Source of the DNA: a virus
Virus record (IMG/VR): IMGVR_UViG_3300025528_000005
Coordinates: 69,139-133,138 of that record
DNA length: 64,000 nucleotides
Reading direction: 5' to 3' (one strand)
The notes under the pieces were generated by a model that saw only the letters and a program-made list of their open reading frames with translations, was not told where the DNA came from and searched no databases. Shown here one piece after another: positions 46,401-55,538 of this stretch. Every line of letters starts with the position of its first letter. The stretch's first letter is position 1. Position numbers and translations under genes: made by a program.

Positions 46401-46994
46401 TCATGTCTTAGAATCGTGAAGCGACATATTGATAGCCTTGAGGAGAACTCCATCATTTCGGACTTTCCACTGCTCTTCTTTGATGTAGGGGAACTGGATC
46501 TGCACCTGGAACTTTTCGTCGTTTTCCGCCTTGCTTAACAGCTGGCAATCGCTGATCTGCATTGGCAACCCGAATTCCTTGAATCCTTGGCTGTCGCACA
46601 GCATGGGCCGAGTCCAAGCAATGAAATGAGAGACCATATCCGTAAGGAGTTCGCAGACACCGAGTTGGCGAGCTTCGATCAAAATCTGTGCCGTACCACT
46701 ATAGAGAATCATATTGATCCGGCTGTCGATGCCTCTGGTTTCTGAGTACGGCTTCCCCGTTGCCATGTTGTCGCTAACCCCAGTCTTGTCCATGCGATAG
46801 GTACCGCGACTGACAAGTATGCGAGGGCGCTCCTCAAGAGGGATCTTGTGGAGGTTATTGATATCCTCAATCTCGACACTACGTTTTTTAGGATCCTCGT
46901 CCCAGACGACCTTGTTCCTCTCTCCGTAGACCGAGAAGTAGTAACGCAGCGGGACCAGAATCAGAGTTGGGATGGTGAGCGGACTGAATTGCAT
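46401..46994 (-). CDS. Tail terminator/neck protein
   Basis: Position between the neck and sheath genes; 197 aa. Confidence 0.55.
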   Translation of the reverse strand: MQFSPLTIPTLILVPLRYYFSVYGERNKVVWDEDPKKRSVEIEDINNLHKIPLEERPRILVSRGTYRMDKTGVSDNMATGKPYSETRGIDSRINMILYSGTAQILIEARQLGVCELLTDMVSHFIAWTRPMLCDSQGFKEFGLPMQISDCQLLSKAENDEKFQVQIQFPYIKEEQWKVRNDGVLLKAINMSLHDSKT

Positions 46995-47869
46995 TAGACA
47001 GTGTACTGATCGGGAAATTCAGGAAGATTTCTCTTCACAAGCTGATACTCGACGTCCCCTCGGCTCAACTGAGTCAGCACCATCATCTGCCGAACCTGGT
47101 TGCCTTGAAGCTCTGTCGGAGTGAGGCGGTCGACCTTGTAGATGTTCCAATCTCCGGTCCGAACGATTATGTCATCCGGCCGAATGTCTGGCATAGATAT
47201 CGTCCAGGCACCGATTTGATTCGGTTCGTAGTTGCCGAAGTAGGTTTTGACCAACGGCTTAGAAGAGGCATCGTACTGGATGTAGAGTGGGGCCGGGTTG
47301 AAGTAGCCACCTTCGAAGCTCGTGCCTAAGCAGTTCGGACAATGGTCGTCCATTGTCTTTTCGAGCTCGTGGTTCCAGCAGGAACGACACCTCTCCCCGT
47401 AGGTTTTGCGACGAAACAGATACGATTTGATGCCAGCGAAACGACTGAGCAGCCAATACTCTCGACGCTGAATCTCGATACTGCGCAGCTCCACCCACCG
47501 ACGCTGCCCGACCTTCCAGGTAGTCGGATCAGATCGCAATGTCGTGTTGTTGCGGTCTAGCAAAATGGCTTCGACCACGTAATAGCCGTGCGTGTTCTTA
47601 GAGTACTCCTGTGTCGTCGGGTCTATCAGGTAGGTGCCGTCGATAGGCGTTGTATTCAGCTTCTCGAAATGCCCATCTTCAACCGGGCTGAAGTAGACGT
47701 TGAAGAGGCACGGACCGAACGAAGCCGGTACTGACCATTCGACGGCTATCTGTCTATACCAGCTCGGATAGACCTTCACCTGGATGCGCTCGTTACGCTT
47801 TTGCGTTGTGAGAGCCGGCTTTGCAGTGAGGATCCAGAATCCGAGAGAAGGAGAAACACTGAAGGACAT
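46994..47869 (-). CDS. Head closure/neck protein with Zn-ribbon insertion
   Basis: RRKTYGERCRSCW...CPNCLGTSFEGGY and P.IRPDDIIVR. Confidence 0.6.
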   Translation of the reverse strand: MSFSVSPSLGFWILTAKPALTTQKRNERIQVKVYPSWYRQIAVEWSVPASFGPCLFNVYFSPVEDGHFEKLNTTPIDGTYLIDPTTQEYSKNTHGYYVVEAILLDRNNTTLRSDPTTWKVGQRRWVELRSIEIQRREYWLLSRFAGIKSYLFRRKTYGERCRSCWNHELEKTMDDHCPNCLGTSFEGGYFNPAPLYIQYDASSKPLVKTYFGNYEPNQIGAWTISMPDIRPDDIIVRTGDWNIYKVDRLTPTELQGNQVRQMMVLTQLSRGDVEYQLVKRNLPEFPDQYTV

Positions 47870-47890
47870 GAACGGTAAAACGTTGTATTT

Positions 47891-48334
47891 TTACCACAGC
47901 GGGAAATTGGAATAATCGGAGCCTACAGAACCAAAACCCGATTCCATGTTCAAATTGGCCTTTAGACGGACCGCGGATTCTTTAAATTCCTGCCCAAACT
48001 TCGAGGCCAGATTCGAATAAAGTTCGGCTCGTTCTTCGATCGGGACCTGGAGGCCACCGTCGGCGTATGCCATGGTATTTCTGGCCAGCAGCAACGACTT
48101 ACCGTCCATCATCTTCCAGATCGTTCCCATGAGAAGAACGGCCTTGGAAGGGAATGTTGCCAGATTGTAGCGTGTCAGCGGAGCGATGGCGTTGAACTCC
48201 TCCGCCGCCAGGTCCATGCAGAGCTGGATATAGGTGTCGGTGAACTCCTCCCCGTCGATCAAATAGTTGTTCGGAGCGTAGTCACTGACGTACTCTCGAA
48301 CCTCCAGAACAGTTAGAACCTGGGGCGTAGCCAT
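47891..48334 (-). CDS. Head-tail adaptor protein
   Basis: 147 aa helical protein at the start of the neck cluster; LLARN...YADGG. Confidence 0.55.
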   Translation of the reverse strand: MATPQVLTVLEVREYVSDYAPNNYLIDGEEFTDTYIQLCMDLAAEEFNAIAPLTRYNLATFPSKAVLLMGTIWKMMDGKSLLLARNTMAYADGGLQVPIEERAELYSNLASKFGQEFKESAVRLKANLNMESGFGSVGSDYSNFPLW

Positions 48335-48346
48335 ACGTGCTCCCGA

Positions 48347-48826
48347 TTACTCAGCAGCCTTCGAGGCCTTGCGACCACGCTTAGGAGCGGCTTCGGTCTT
48401 GGCTTCAACCGGCTCAGAGACTTCGTCGACGACGGCCTCTGCCTCTTCAGAGGTCTCCGGCTGCCGCCCGACAGCTTCAGACGTCGCCACCGCTTCCCTC
48501 TCAGCCTTCTCCTGAGCTTCCCTGGCCTTCTCTGCCCTATATTCTTCTGACGTCATGCCGCGATAGGGATTCACGGTTTCAATGACCTTGACGCCCCCGA
48601 CCGGTTCTTTAATTTCCGGCTTCTTGTCGGTAATCTCGATCCAATCTCGTTCAAGGGCGTATGCAAAGTCGGGGTGGTCTACGTCTTCCGCGCGAATTGC
48701 CTTGAATCCACCTCGATTGATAATCAAGAAGCCCTGTTTAAACTGAAGGTTCGTGTCGGTCTTGTTGACGACGTAAAGTTGCTTGTTCATAAGTTTGGTC
48801 CTTTCTAAATTAACGATCGTACCCAT
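48347..48826 (-). CDS. Hypothetical virion protein
   Basis: Acidic tail ending KRGRKASKAAE. Confidence 0.6.
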   Translation of the reverse strand: MGTIVNLERTKLMNKQLYVVNKTDTNLQFKQGFLIINRGGFKAIRAEDVDHPDFAYALERDWIEITDKKPEIKEPVGGVKVIETVNPYRGMTSEEYRAEKAREAQEKAEREAVATSEAVGRQPETSEEAEAVVDEVSEPVEAKTEAAPKRGRKASKAAE

Positions 48827-49133
48827 CAGGATTCCGGTACATGGAGTCGATCTTTTTAAGAATCTGATTGTCTTTGTGTTGATGATACTTATGAAGACCG
48901 AGAAATCCGGCGGTTCCGAGAGCTCCGCCTACAACACCGGTCTTGGCTCTCGTTTGAAACGATCGGCCTGCTTCGACTCGGGCCCGGCGCTCCGCTCGCT
49001 GCGGCGTAATACCCTTCTTGGCAGCGTGTGAGAGAATGTCAGACTTGACCTTCCACTCTCTGGCAGAATGACCGGAGAGACGGTCAAGAAATTTCACTAC
49101 CTTCGAGATATAGCGGTTCGCTTTGCCGGCCAT
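48810..49133 (-). CDS. Tagged-family basic protein with TM segment
   Basis: Likely start MAGKANRYISKVV (degenerate tag), downstream of a TAAAATA motif; GVVGGALGTAGFLGL. Confidence 0.55.
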   Translation of the reverse strand: MAGKANRYISKVVKFLDRLSGHSAREWKVKSDILSHAAKKGITPQRAERRARVEAGRSFQTRAKTGVVGGALGTAGFLGLHKYHQHKDNQILKKIDSMYRNPDGYDR

Positions 49134-49161
49134 GTTGAGGGGAAATCCTTGGATACCCTCA

Positions 49162-49168
49162 TATTTTA
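49162..49168 (-). promoter_or_regulatory. Late promoter motif TAAAATA
   Basis: Upstream of the neck operon. Confidence 0.6.
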
Positions 49169-49213
49169 ACGTCATCGGCTAAACTGCGCCACTTAGAGAA
49201 CGACAGTGCCTTT

Positions 49214-49222
49214 TGGTATAAG
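49214..49222 (+). promoter_or_regulatory. Plus-strand promoter (TGGTATAAG)
   Basis: Recurrent motif. Confidence 0.6.
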
Positions 49223-49504
49223 GATGATGGCAGGGAAGGACGGTACCCATACGCCGCAAACAACCGAGGTATCGCACCTGTCGTTTGGAGGATATCTTGA
49301 CAACGACCGCTAACTGTTCAACGCAGGTCAACCAACGCCGCTACACCCTAACCTTCCATGTTTGTAAACCGGTCTAGGGCTCAGGTCCCCTCTGGGGCCT
49401 GGGCTTTATTTAGCTTCGATAGTCCGGATTGCTTCTGCGCAGGCTTGACGACGCTCATGACCTTACTTAAAATTCGTAATGTCCAGTTAACTACAGATAG
49501 GAAT

Positions 49505-51004
49505 ATGACATCACCGGGCTCTAACAAGCGTCGTAAGTGGACGCCTGAAAGCTTTGTAGAGTTTTGCATTAGCAAATACGGAGATAAGTACGACTATTCG
49601 AACACGGCCTTTCTAACCGTCAATAAAAGGATTTCAGTCCGCTGCCGAATCCACGATTGCGTCTTTACTCCATTTGCTCACGACCACTTACGGGGCCGAG
49701 GCGGATGCCCCAGGTGCAAAGCCGATGCAACGGGAGAAAGAATACGAGCTCTTCGAGGGATTACCAGGGAGTCTTTCTTAGAAAGGGCTCGAAAGGTACA
49801 CGGGGACAAGTATGACTATTCACGGGCAGTGATCGGTCGATCGGTAGACAAGATTGAAGTTATCTGTCCGATACATCAAATCTCCTTCTTCCCGACGATT
49901 GCAAACCATTTGAACAACGGTACGGGATGTCCGGAGTGCGGAAGGGAAGCTATTGGCAAAAAACACGCTTTGTCCCCAAAGGAATTCATCGCCAGAGCAA
50001 AGGAAGTCCATGGTGATAAATACGACTATTCCCTTGTTTCGTTTGATAGACTGCACGACAAGGTAAGGATCATATGTAGCAAACACGGTGAGTTTACCCA
50101 GCTTGCGTATGACCACCTAGGAGGTCATGGATGCGAGAAATGTGGAGGTCTTTCATCGGAACCCGTTCAGGAAATTCTGACTATCCTTGAGTCTTACGGG
50201 CTCGAAGCCTTACCTGAGATAGCTCTTCCTAATGGATCAAAACTGGATATCTACATCCCCTCTCTTCGAATTGCCATAGAATATAACGGTTTAAGATGGC
50301 ACACCGAAGAGTTTAGGCCTGACAGAAAGTACCATCTTAAAAAGACCCTCGAAGCTAACCAATACGGTATTCATCTTATCCATATCTGGGAGGACGACTG
50401 GGTTTTCGGAAAGGAAAAGACGATCTCCTGGCTTAAGTCTCAACTAGGGCTTTCTGATAGAAAGTTCAACGCGAGAGACTTGGAAGTTCGTCTAGCTTCC
50501 ATGAAAGAAATAGGGGCGTTCGTAGACAAGCATCATATGCAGGGTAAGCCTTCTGCGTGCGAACTGTGTTACGGGTTGTACACTAAAGAAGGAATGCTGG
50601 TTGCAGCCATGATGTTTTCATCCAAGAACTGCCCTCCGGGAGAGATCTGTCTCGAAAGATTTTGTTCAGACGGACATGTTCGAGGCGGATTTAGTAAGCT
50701 CCTGTCTGCGTTCAAGAGAGAGCACGGATCTCGTTTCGAGAAAATAGTCAGTTTCTCCGATCGGTCGTGGAGCACTGGAAAGGTATACCATTCTACCGGA
50801 TTCACCTTGGTAGGTCACGGAGAACCCAGATATTGGTGGGTAAGAGGCCAAAGAAGGTACGATCGTAGAGCCTTCCAAAGGAAGGAACTTCCAAAACGCT
50901 TAGAGACGTTTGACGAAACGTTATCAGAAGCAGAAAACTGTCGTCGTAACGGCTATAGAAAGCTTTACGATTGCGGTGTGACTAAGTGGGAGTTGAAACT
51001 CTAG
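49505..51004 (+). mobile_element. Free-standing homing-endonuclease-like gene (DUF723-type repeats, PD-(D/E)xK nuclease, GNAT/Mom-like C-terminus)
   Basis: Three K.HGDKYDYS...I.C..H..F.......G.GCP.C repeats; LDIYIP...IAIEYNG..WH; C-terminal HH.QG...GLY...F...ERFC...GGFSKLL...SFSD. Confidence 0.8.
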
Positions 51005-51009
51005 AAATG

Positions 51010-51036
51010 AAAAAGCCCGGATTATCCGGGCTTTTT
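51010..51036. terminator. Bidirectional intrinsic terminator
   Basis: AAAAAGCCCGG-ATTAT-CCGGGCTTTTT. Confidence 0.85.
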
Positions 51037-51055
51037 CTTTACCTCGTAGAGGCGG

Positions 51056-51949
51056 TTAGAAGTTCAGGACAACGACTCCGTTGACGTTGCCGATACCTAC
51101 GCCGACCGCTTCGTAGGAGGTGAACTCGATGATGTCCTGTTCGACCTTCAGGAACACGGTGGCATCCTGGAGGGCGTAGAACTGACCGAGGTATTCCTGC
51201 GGAGCAAAGACGAGGCACTGGGTATCCGGCAGAATGTCGTGCTTGTTGGTCACGATCACCTTGTAGCCGAAGAAGGTGTCCAGCGTACCCTGACCGCGGA
51301 ACAGATCCGAGGCAGCAGGCGAACCGATTTCAGTGGAGGGGAAGGCCAGCAGATCAGCGTACATCGACTGCGTCATCAGCAGGCAGCCGACAGGCAACTG
51401 GTGACGGAGCATGTTCTTGATGCCTGCCACCAGATTAGCCTTCGTGAAACCGCCAGAAATGTTGAACACATTGTTGTTGTCGGTGGCCATCTGGATGACG
51501 TTGTCATAGAAGTTTCTGTCTTCCTGCTTCTGCATGTCCTTGACGCTGTTTTCCTGCAGCACGGTACGGATGTCCGTGCGGTAGGTAGCCAGCTCGAACT
51601 TGCTCTTCTTGAACGAAGCAGAAGAGATCTTCTGGAAGGTCACCGGATAGCGGGCTGTTTTCCAGTAACGGATCTCAGCGCGGCCCAGGAACGGCAGGTT
51701 GGCAGCAATCGAATCCGGTTCCTTTTCGACGATGATCGTCGGCTCTTCCGTCACCTGACGGTCGAGTTCGGCAGCCGTGACACTAATCGGGTTCAGAACC
51801 TTGCGGGTGAAGCCGTCTTCACGGAGCTTTTGGCGCACAAAGGCCGAGATGGCAACGCCGGCTTCCTTAGTCAGACCTTGATCGATCTTGTCCAGGAAGG
51901 ACTGGTTCAGAAACTGAACGTTGATAGTTTCGAGGTTGTATCCGCTCAT
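51056..51949 (-). CDS. Major capsid protein
   Basis: 297 aa after the scaffold and decoration genes; HK97-like organisation; strong terminator follows. Confidence 0.8.
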   Translation of the reverse strand: MSGYNLETINVQFLNQSFLDKIDQGLTKEAGVAISAFVRQKLREDGFTRKVLNPISVTAAELDRQVTEEPTIIVEKEPDSIAANLPFLGRAEIRYWKTARYPVTFQKISSASFKKSKFELATYRTDIRTVLQENSVKDMQKQEDRNFYDNVIQMATDNNNVFNISGGFTKANLVAGIKNMLRHQLPVGCLLMTQSMYADLLAFPSTEIGSPAASDLFRGQGTLDTFFGYKVIVTNKHDILPDTQCLVFAPQEYLGQFYALQDATVFLKVEQDIIEFTSYEAVGVGIGNVNGVVVLNF

Positions 51950-51967
51950 TTTTATTCTTCCCCCTTA

Positions 51968-52402
51968 TTAAACCTTGAGCACGACCAAGTGAGCGGTCTG
52001 GGGGTTGGGGCCCGATACAGCCGCAACGACGTCGAGAACATACGCATTGATCGGCTCGGAGCCATCGGTCGCGGCGGCAGTCAGCACACCGTTCTTGACA
52101 GTCAGAGCCTGGCCGGGCGTGTAGCTCCCTGCCTCGTAGTTCGAAACCTTGGCGATGAAGTTGTCCCAGAGGACCACCGCTTGACCGGCGTTTGCGGCAG
52201 AACCGCTGTCGCCGTTACCGACAACCACGAGGCCGGTCAGAGCCACGGGGCTCGCACCGACCTTCTCGACGGTGTTGTCAGTCGATTTGGTGACCCAGTC
52301 ACCGTTGACGAGGGTTTCCCCTGCCTTGATAGGCTCGGATCGATCGAGCGAGCCGTCATACGGCCAGCCGCGGATGATCTCCGCCACACGTTCCATCAAC
52401 AT
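51968..52402 (-). CDS. Head decoration/cement protein
   Basis: 144 aa directly upstream of the capsid gene; GDWV...Y.PG..LTV..G.L pattern. Confidence 0.65.
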   Translation of the reverse strand: MLMERVAEIIRGWPYDGSLDRSEPIKAGETLVNGDWVTKSTDNTVEKVGASPVALTGLVVVGNGDSGSAANAGQAVVLWDNFIAKVSNYEAGSYTPGQALTVKNGVLTAAATDGSEPINAYVLDVVAAVSGPNPQTAHLVVLKV

Positions 52403-52493
52403 ATTTTTATTCCTTTAAGCAAATATGCTTTTGTTATTACTGTGACCAAGTCACCTAATTGACTTGGTCCTAGAATTGCGCTACTGCTAAACC

Positions 52494-52500
52494 TATTTTA
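52494..52500 (-). promoter_or_regulatory. Late promoter motif TAAAATA
   Basis: Upstream of the decoration and capsid genes. Confidence 0.65.
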
Positions 52501-52541
52501 ATGCAGAAAAACGGCTCCGATTATTTCGGAGCAAAAACCGA

Positions 52542-52844
52542 TTATTTCTTCTTCTGAAAGCGATTGCGAATTGCAGCTTCCGCGGCGCCGAGAGAACCGA
52601 GAACGGCTGCGCCCTTGCCGGCCGCTTTAAGCGTCCGTGCACTGAAGGGTTTCATGTTCGGAAACTTCTTCAGATCAGGGGACCCTGGACGTTTTGCCCA
52701 GTCGACAAGATCTTCTTTGAACTGATTGGAGATAGACCACGTACCGGCAACGTTTGCTCCCAGCAGTCCACCTGCGATAGCCGAATTGCGGACGCTGTAT
52801 TTCTTTTCCTTGTCGGCGGCGATTTTCTCTAAGTACTTGTTCAC
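52542..52844 (-). CDS. Tagged putative internal head protein
   Basis: Starts (GTG) MNKYLEKIAA; two Gly/Ala hydrophobic segments. Confidence 0.65.
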   Translation of the reverse strand: MNKYLEKIAADKEKKYSVRNSAIAGGLLGANVAGTWSISNQFKEDLVDWAKRPGSPDLKKFPNMKPFSARTLKAAGKGAAVLGSLGAAEAAIRNRFQKKK

Positions 52845-52852
52845 GGAGATTG

Positions 52853-53170
52853 TTATTGGGAAGACGAGCTTTTCGATTTCATGGCGGCGTTCAAAGCCGA
52901 GAGACCACCGACGACGCCGGCATAGCCGAGAGAGCTGCGCCCCACGGCTCGTCTCTTGAAAGCTCGATCAAGGATGGGAGAAACTTGGCGACCCAGGGCA
53001 CCGGAGCGGTTCAATCGCTGAACCATGCTCTTGTGATTCTGCAGGCCGATCGCTGCACCTAATGCACCGCCGACCGCGCTGGCAGGGATCGCCTTCTTTG
53101 CAACGTCGGAGACTTTGTTGTTCTCGCCCTTGTCATGCCGGGCGAGTTTCTCGAGGTACTTGTTCGTCAC
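52853..53170 (-). CDS. Tagged putative internal head protein
   Basis: Likely GTG start giving MTNKYLEKLAR; two Gly/Ala segments. Confidence 0.65.
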   Translation of the reverse strand: MTNKYLEKLARHDKGENNKVSDVAKKAIPASAVGGALGAAIGLQNHKSMVQRLNRSGALGRQVSPILDRAFKRRAVGRSSLGYAGVVGGLSALNAAMKSKSSSSQ

Positions 53171-53175
53171 GATGA

Positions 53176-53781
53176 CTAGCTGAGGATGAACTCCAACAAA
53201 GGATCCGTCTGAGGACGGGCTACCCCGGCGGGAGCCCCAAGGCTCCACGGTTCATCCGCAACGGATGCAACCTTAGTCAGCACTTCTGGATTAAGACGCT
53301 TCAGCTCAGCCAGGTCCTCGTTGGTAAAAGCACCGACCGAAGCCAGCTTGCTCAAAGACTCCGGCAGCTCCGGTTCTTCTTCTTTCGCTGCAGACGCCTC
53401 GGTTACAGCTTTTTCCAGATCTTCGTAGAGCTTGGCATTCTCGGTCTCGAGCTCGGCAACACGTCCTTCGAGAGCTTCGATGTACGTTGCTGCCTTCTCT
53501 AGGAGATCGGCCGTCGGATTGGTCTCCGGTTCGAGAGTGATGTTGGTGAGCTCACGAACGTTGATGTTCGCAGCCTTGACTAACTTCACCGCCTCTTCCA
53601 TGTCGATGCCCTTGTCCGTCAGCGCAGACAGGGCCTCTTTTTCCATAAGAGTCTGGAGAACTTCGAAGCGAGCGTCTTCTTCAGACAGCCCAGCTTCCTT
53701 CAACATCTCGATTGCGACGCTCTCTGGAGTCAGGCGAAGTTCCGCGGCCTGTTCGCGGAGAGTTTGTGCGACGTTACTCAT
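53176..53781 (-). CDS. Scaffold-like coiled-coil head protein
   Basis: Acidic helical protein with EKEAL, EKAA and KLAS motifs. Confidence 0.6.
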   Translation of the reverse strand: MSNVAQTLREQAAELRLTPESVAIEMLKEAGLSEEDARFEVLQTLMEKEALSALTDKGIDMEEAVKLVKAANINVRELTNITLEPETNPTADLLEKAATYIEALEGRVAELETENAKLYEDLEKAVTEASAAKEEEPELPESLSKLASVGAFTNEDLAELKRLNPEVLTKVASVADEPWSLGAPAGVARPQTDPLLEFILS

Positions 53782-53805
53782 TTCGTTGTTAATCCTTGCC
53801 CGTCA

Positions 53806-54270
53806 TTAGGTACGGGCATGTTCAATTGCCTTGTTAATTTTAACTGCGGCGTAATCTGTAGCGAGGTTCGCTCCTCCTATTAGGCCGATATATTTGGCCT
53901 TCCCAAGAGGACCGGAAAAATTCATTCGTGGCTTAACGAAGCGATCGAGCGCAGCTGAGGCCCCGACTCCAGTTCCGACGAGAACGCCGGTTTGAGCTAT
54001 CTCTTTCTTTCGTTCGGGGCTCAGGAATTCCGCACGTTTTTCCCTGCGACCGCTATAAAGCTTTTTCGCCCCGTAGGCTGCACTACCTACGATCGAGGCT
54101 GGCACTACAACGCGGCGGAGAAATTTGTTGGCCCGATTTTGAGAGGGATTGATAAGCTTGGCCTTGTTAGCTCGATGTTCGAGATCCGGATCCGAGTGAA
54201 TTCGCACAACGTTTCCTTCCGGATCAACGTCGATAATAGCCGCAAGCTTTAGAAGATATTTATTGCTCAT
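53806..54270 (-). CDS. Tagged putative internal head protein
   Basis: Starts MSNKYLLKLAA; internal EKRAE; three hydrophobic segments. Confidence 0.65.
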   Translation of the reverse strand: MSNKYLLKLAAIIDVDPEGNVVRIHSDPDLEHRANKAKLINPSQNRANKFLRRVVVPASIVGSAAYGAKKLYSGRREKRAEFLSPERKKEIAQTGVLVGTGVGASAALDRFVKPRMNFSGPLGKAKYIGLIGGANLATDYAAVKINKAIEHART

Positions 54271-54354
54271 TGTCGGGCTTAACCCTTGTTGATCAAGGGA
54301 TTGTTCTTATAAGCGAAAACTCCCCTCACGTCGTCGCAAGGGGAGTCTCTGTAC

Positions 54355-55509
54355 TTACTCTCCGTAGATCTCGGCGGCCTTAGCGTTCACCAGCTCGACA
54401 GCCTTGTCAAAATCCACGCCGGACGCAACCAGAGCGTCAAGGGCAGCCTTCTTTTCCTGACCACGGCGGGCAGCCATCGCAGCTCCTCCGGCCACGGCAC
54501 CCGCGGCGCCAGCACCGATGCCGATCTTAGCCGCGCGGCTCAGACCCTTCTTGGCGGGAGCCATCAGCGCACGGCCGGCAGCGGGGACCAGAGCGTTCGC
54601 CTTCTTCACCATCTCAACGGCCTGGTCGAAGTCCACGCCTCGATCGAGCAGAGCACCCAAGGCAGCCTGCTTGATCTGCACGCTTTCCTCACGCTCGATC
54701 TCTTCGGCAGCAGCCTTGACCATTTCGACAGCAGACTCGAAGTCATAACCATCGTTAACCAGAGCGATAACGGCAGCAGCCTTTTCCTGCTCGTCGGTCG
54801 GAACTTGATTAGGCACAGCCTGGTCTTCAACCCCGCCTTCTGCCGCAGTGATCGGAGCAGCCTTAGCTTCCACGCCTTGGCCGTGAGGGGTAGCACCTTG
54901 AGCGACTGCGTCGGCGATGATGCCTTCCAGAATCTGGTTGATCGTTCCTTCGTTCTTGATGCCATCGCCAGTCGGCATAGGCTTGATCTTGGCGTCGTCT
55001 TCAGCAACGACTTGCGCCGAATTGACGATGTTCTTCTGGGGCACAGACCCAGGGGCCACACCGTCATGCAGGTTGACGTCGCCGGCTTCAGCCAGCTTTT
55101 CCAGGAGGGCGTCAGCCAGAGCCTTACCGGCCTCAGCAGCTTCTTTCTTCATTTCAGGTTCCTTGTCAGTGGTGTTAGTAGTAAGTTTGAGGGCGGCAAC
55201 CTTGCTCATCACCTCTTGCGCCAGGGCAGCACCTTGAAGACGTGCTTCCTTGCAATGCTCCTTCTCCTTGTCGTTGACCTTCTTAGCGTCTTCGACGTCT
55301 TTTTCAGCGGCCTCTATGGCCGCCTTCGCCTTGGAGATGTTCTCCTTGGCGCTTTCGTGTTCTTTGTCCTCTTCCTTCTCCAGAGCCTTAGCCTCTTCGG
55401 TCATTTCCGCTTCCTTATTCAGGCCTGCGGTTTTCTCGAGATCCGAGAGAAGTTCATCCAAAGTCATAGTCATCATTAGTCCTTTTAAGGTGGCCTCCAT
55501 GTGCTGCAA
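54355..55509 (-). CDS. Capsid scaffolding protein
   Basis: Ala/Glu/Lys-rich; three repeats of EK.AA..AL...G.DF..AVE(M/L)V; many K-x-A motifs. Confidence 0.7.
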   Translation of the reverse strand: MQHMEATLKGLMMTMTLDELLSDLEKTAGLNKEAEMTEEAKALEKEEDKEHESAKENISKAKAAIEAAEKDVEDAKKVNDKEKEHCKEARLQGAALAQEVMSKVAALKLTTNTTDKEPEMKKEAAEAGKALADALLEKLAEAGDVNLHDGVAPGSVPQKNIVNSAQVVAEDDAKIKPMPTGDGIKNEGTINQILEGIIADAVAQGATPHGQGVEAKAAPITAAEGGVEDQAVPNQVPTDEQEKAAAVIALVNDGYDFESAVEMVKAAAEEIEREESVQIKQAALGALLDRGVDFDQAVEMVKKANALVPAAGRALMAPAKKGLSRAAKIGIGAGAAGAVAGGAAMAARRGQEKKAALDALVASGVDFDKAVELVNAKAAEIYGE

Positions 55510-55538
55510 TAGAGACCTCTTGAAATTTTTGTTTCGAA

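Noticed and set aside
51239-52462. 407 aa plus-strand ORF
   Set aside because: It is the antisense shadow of the capsid and decoration genes.
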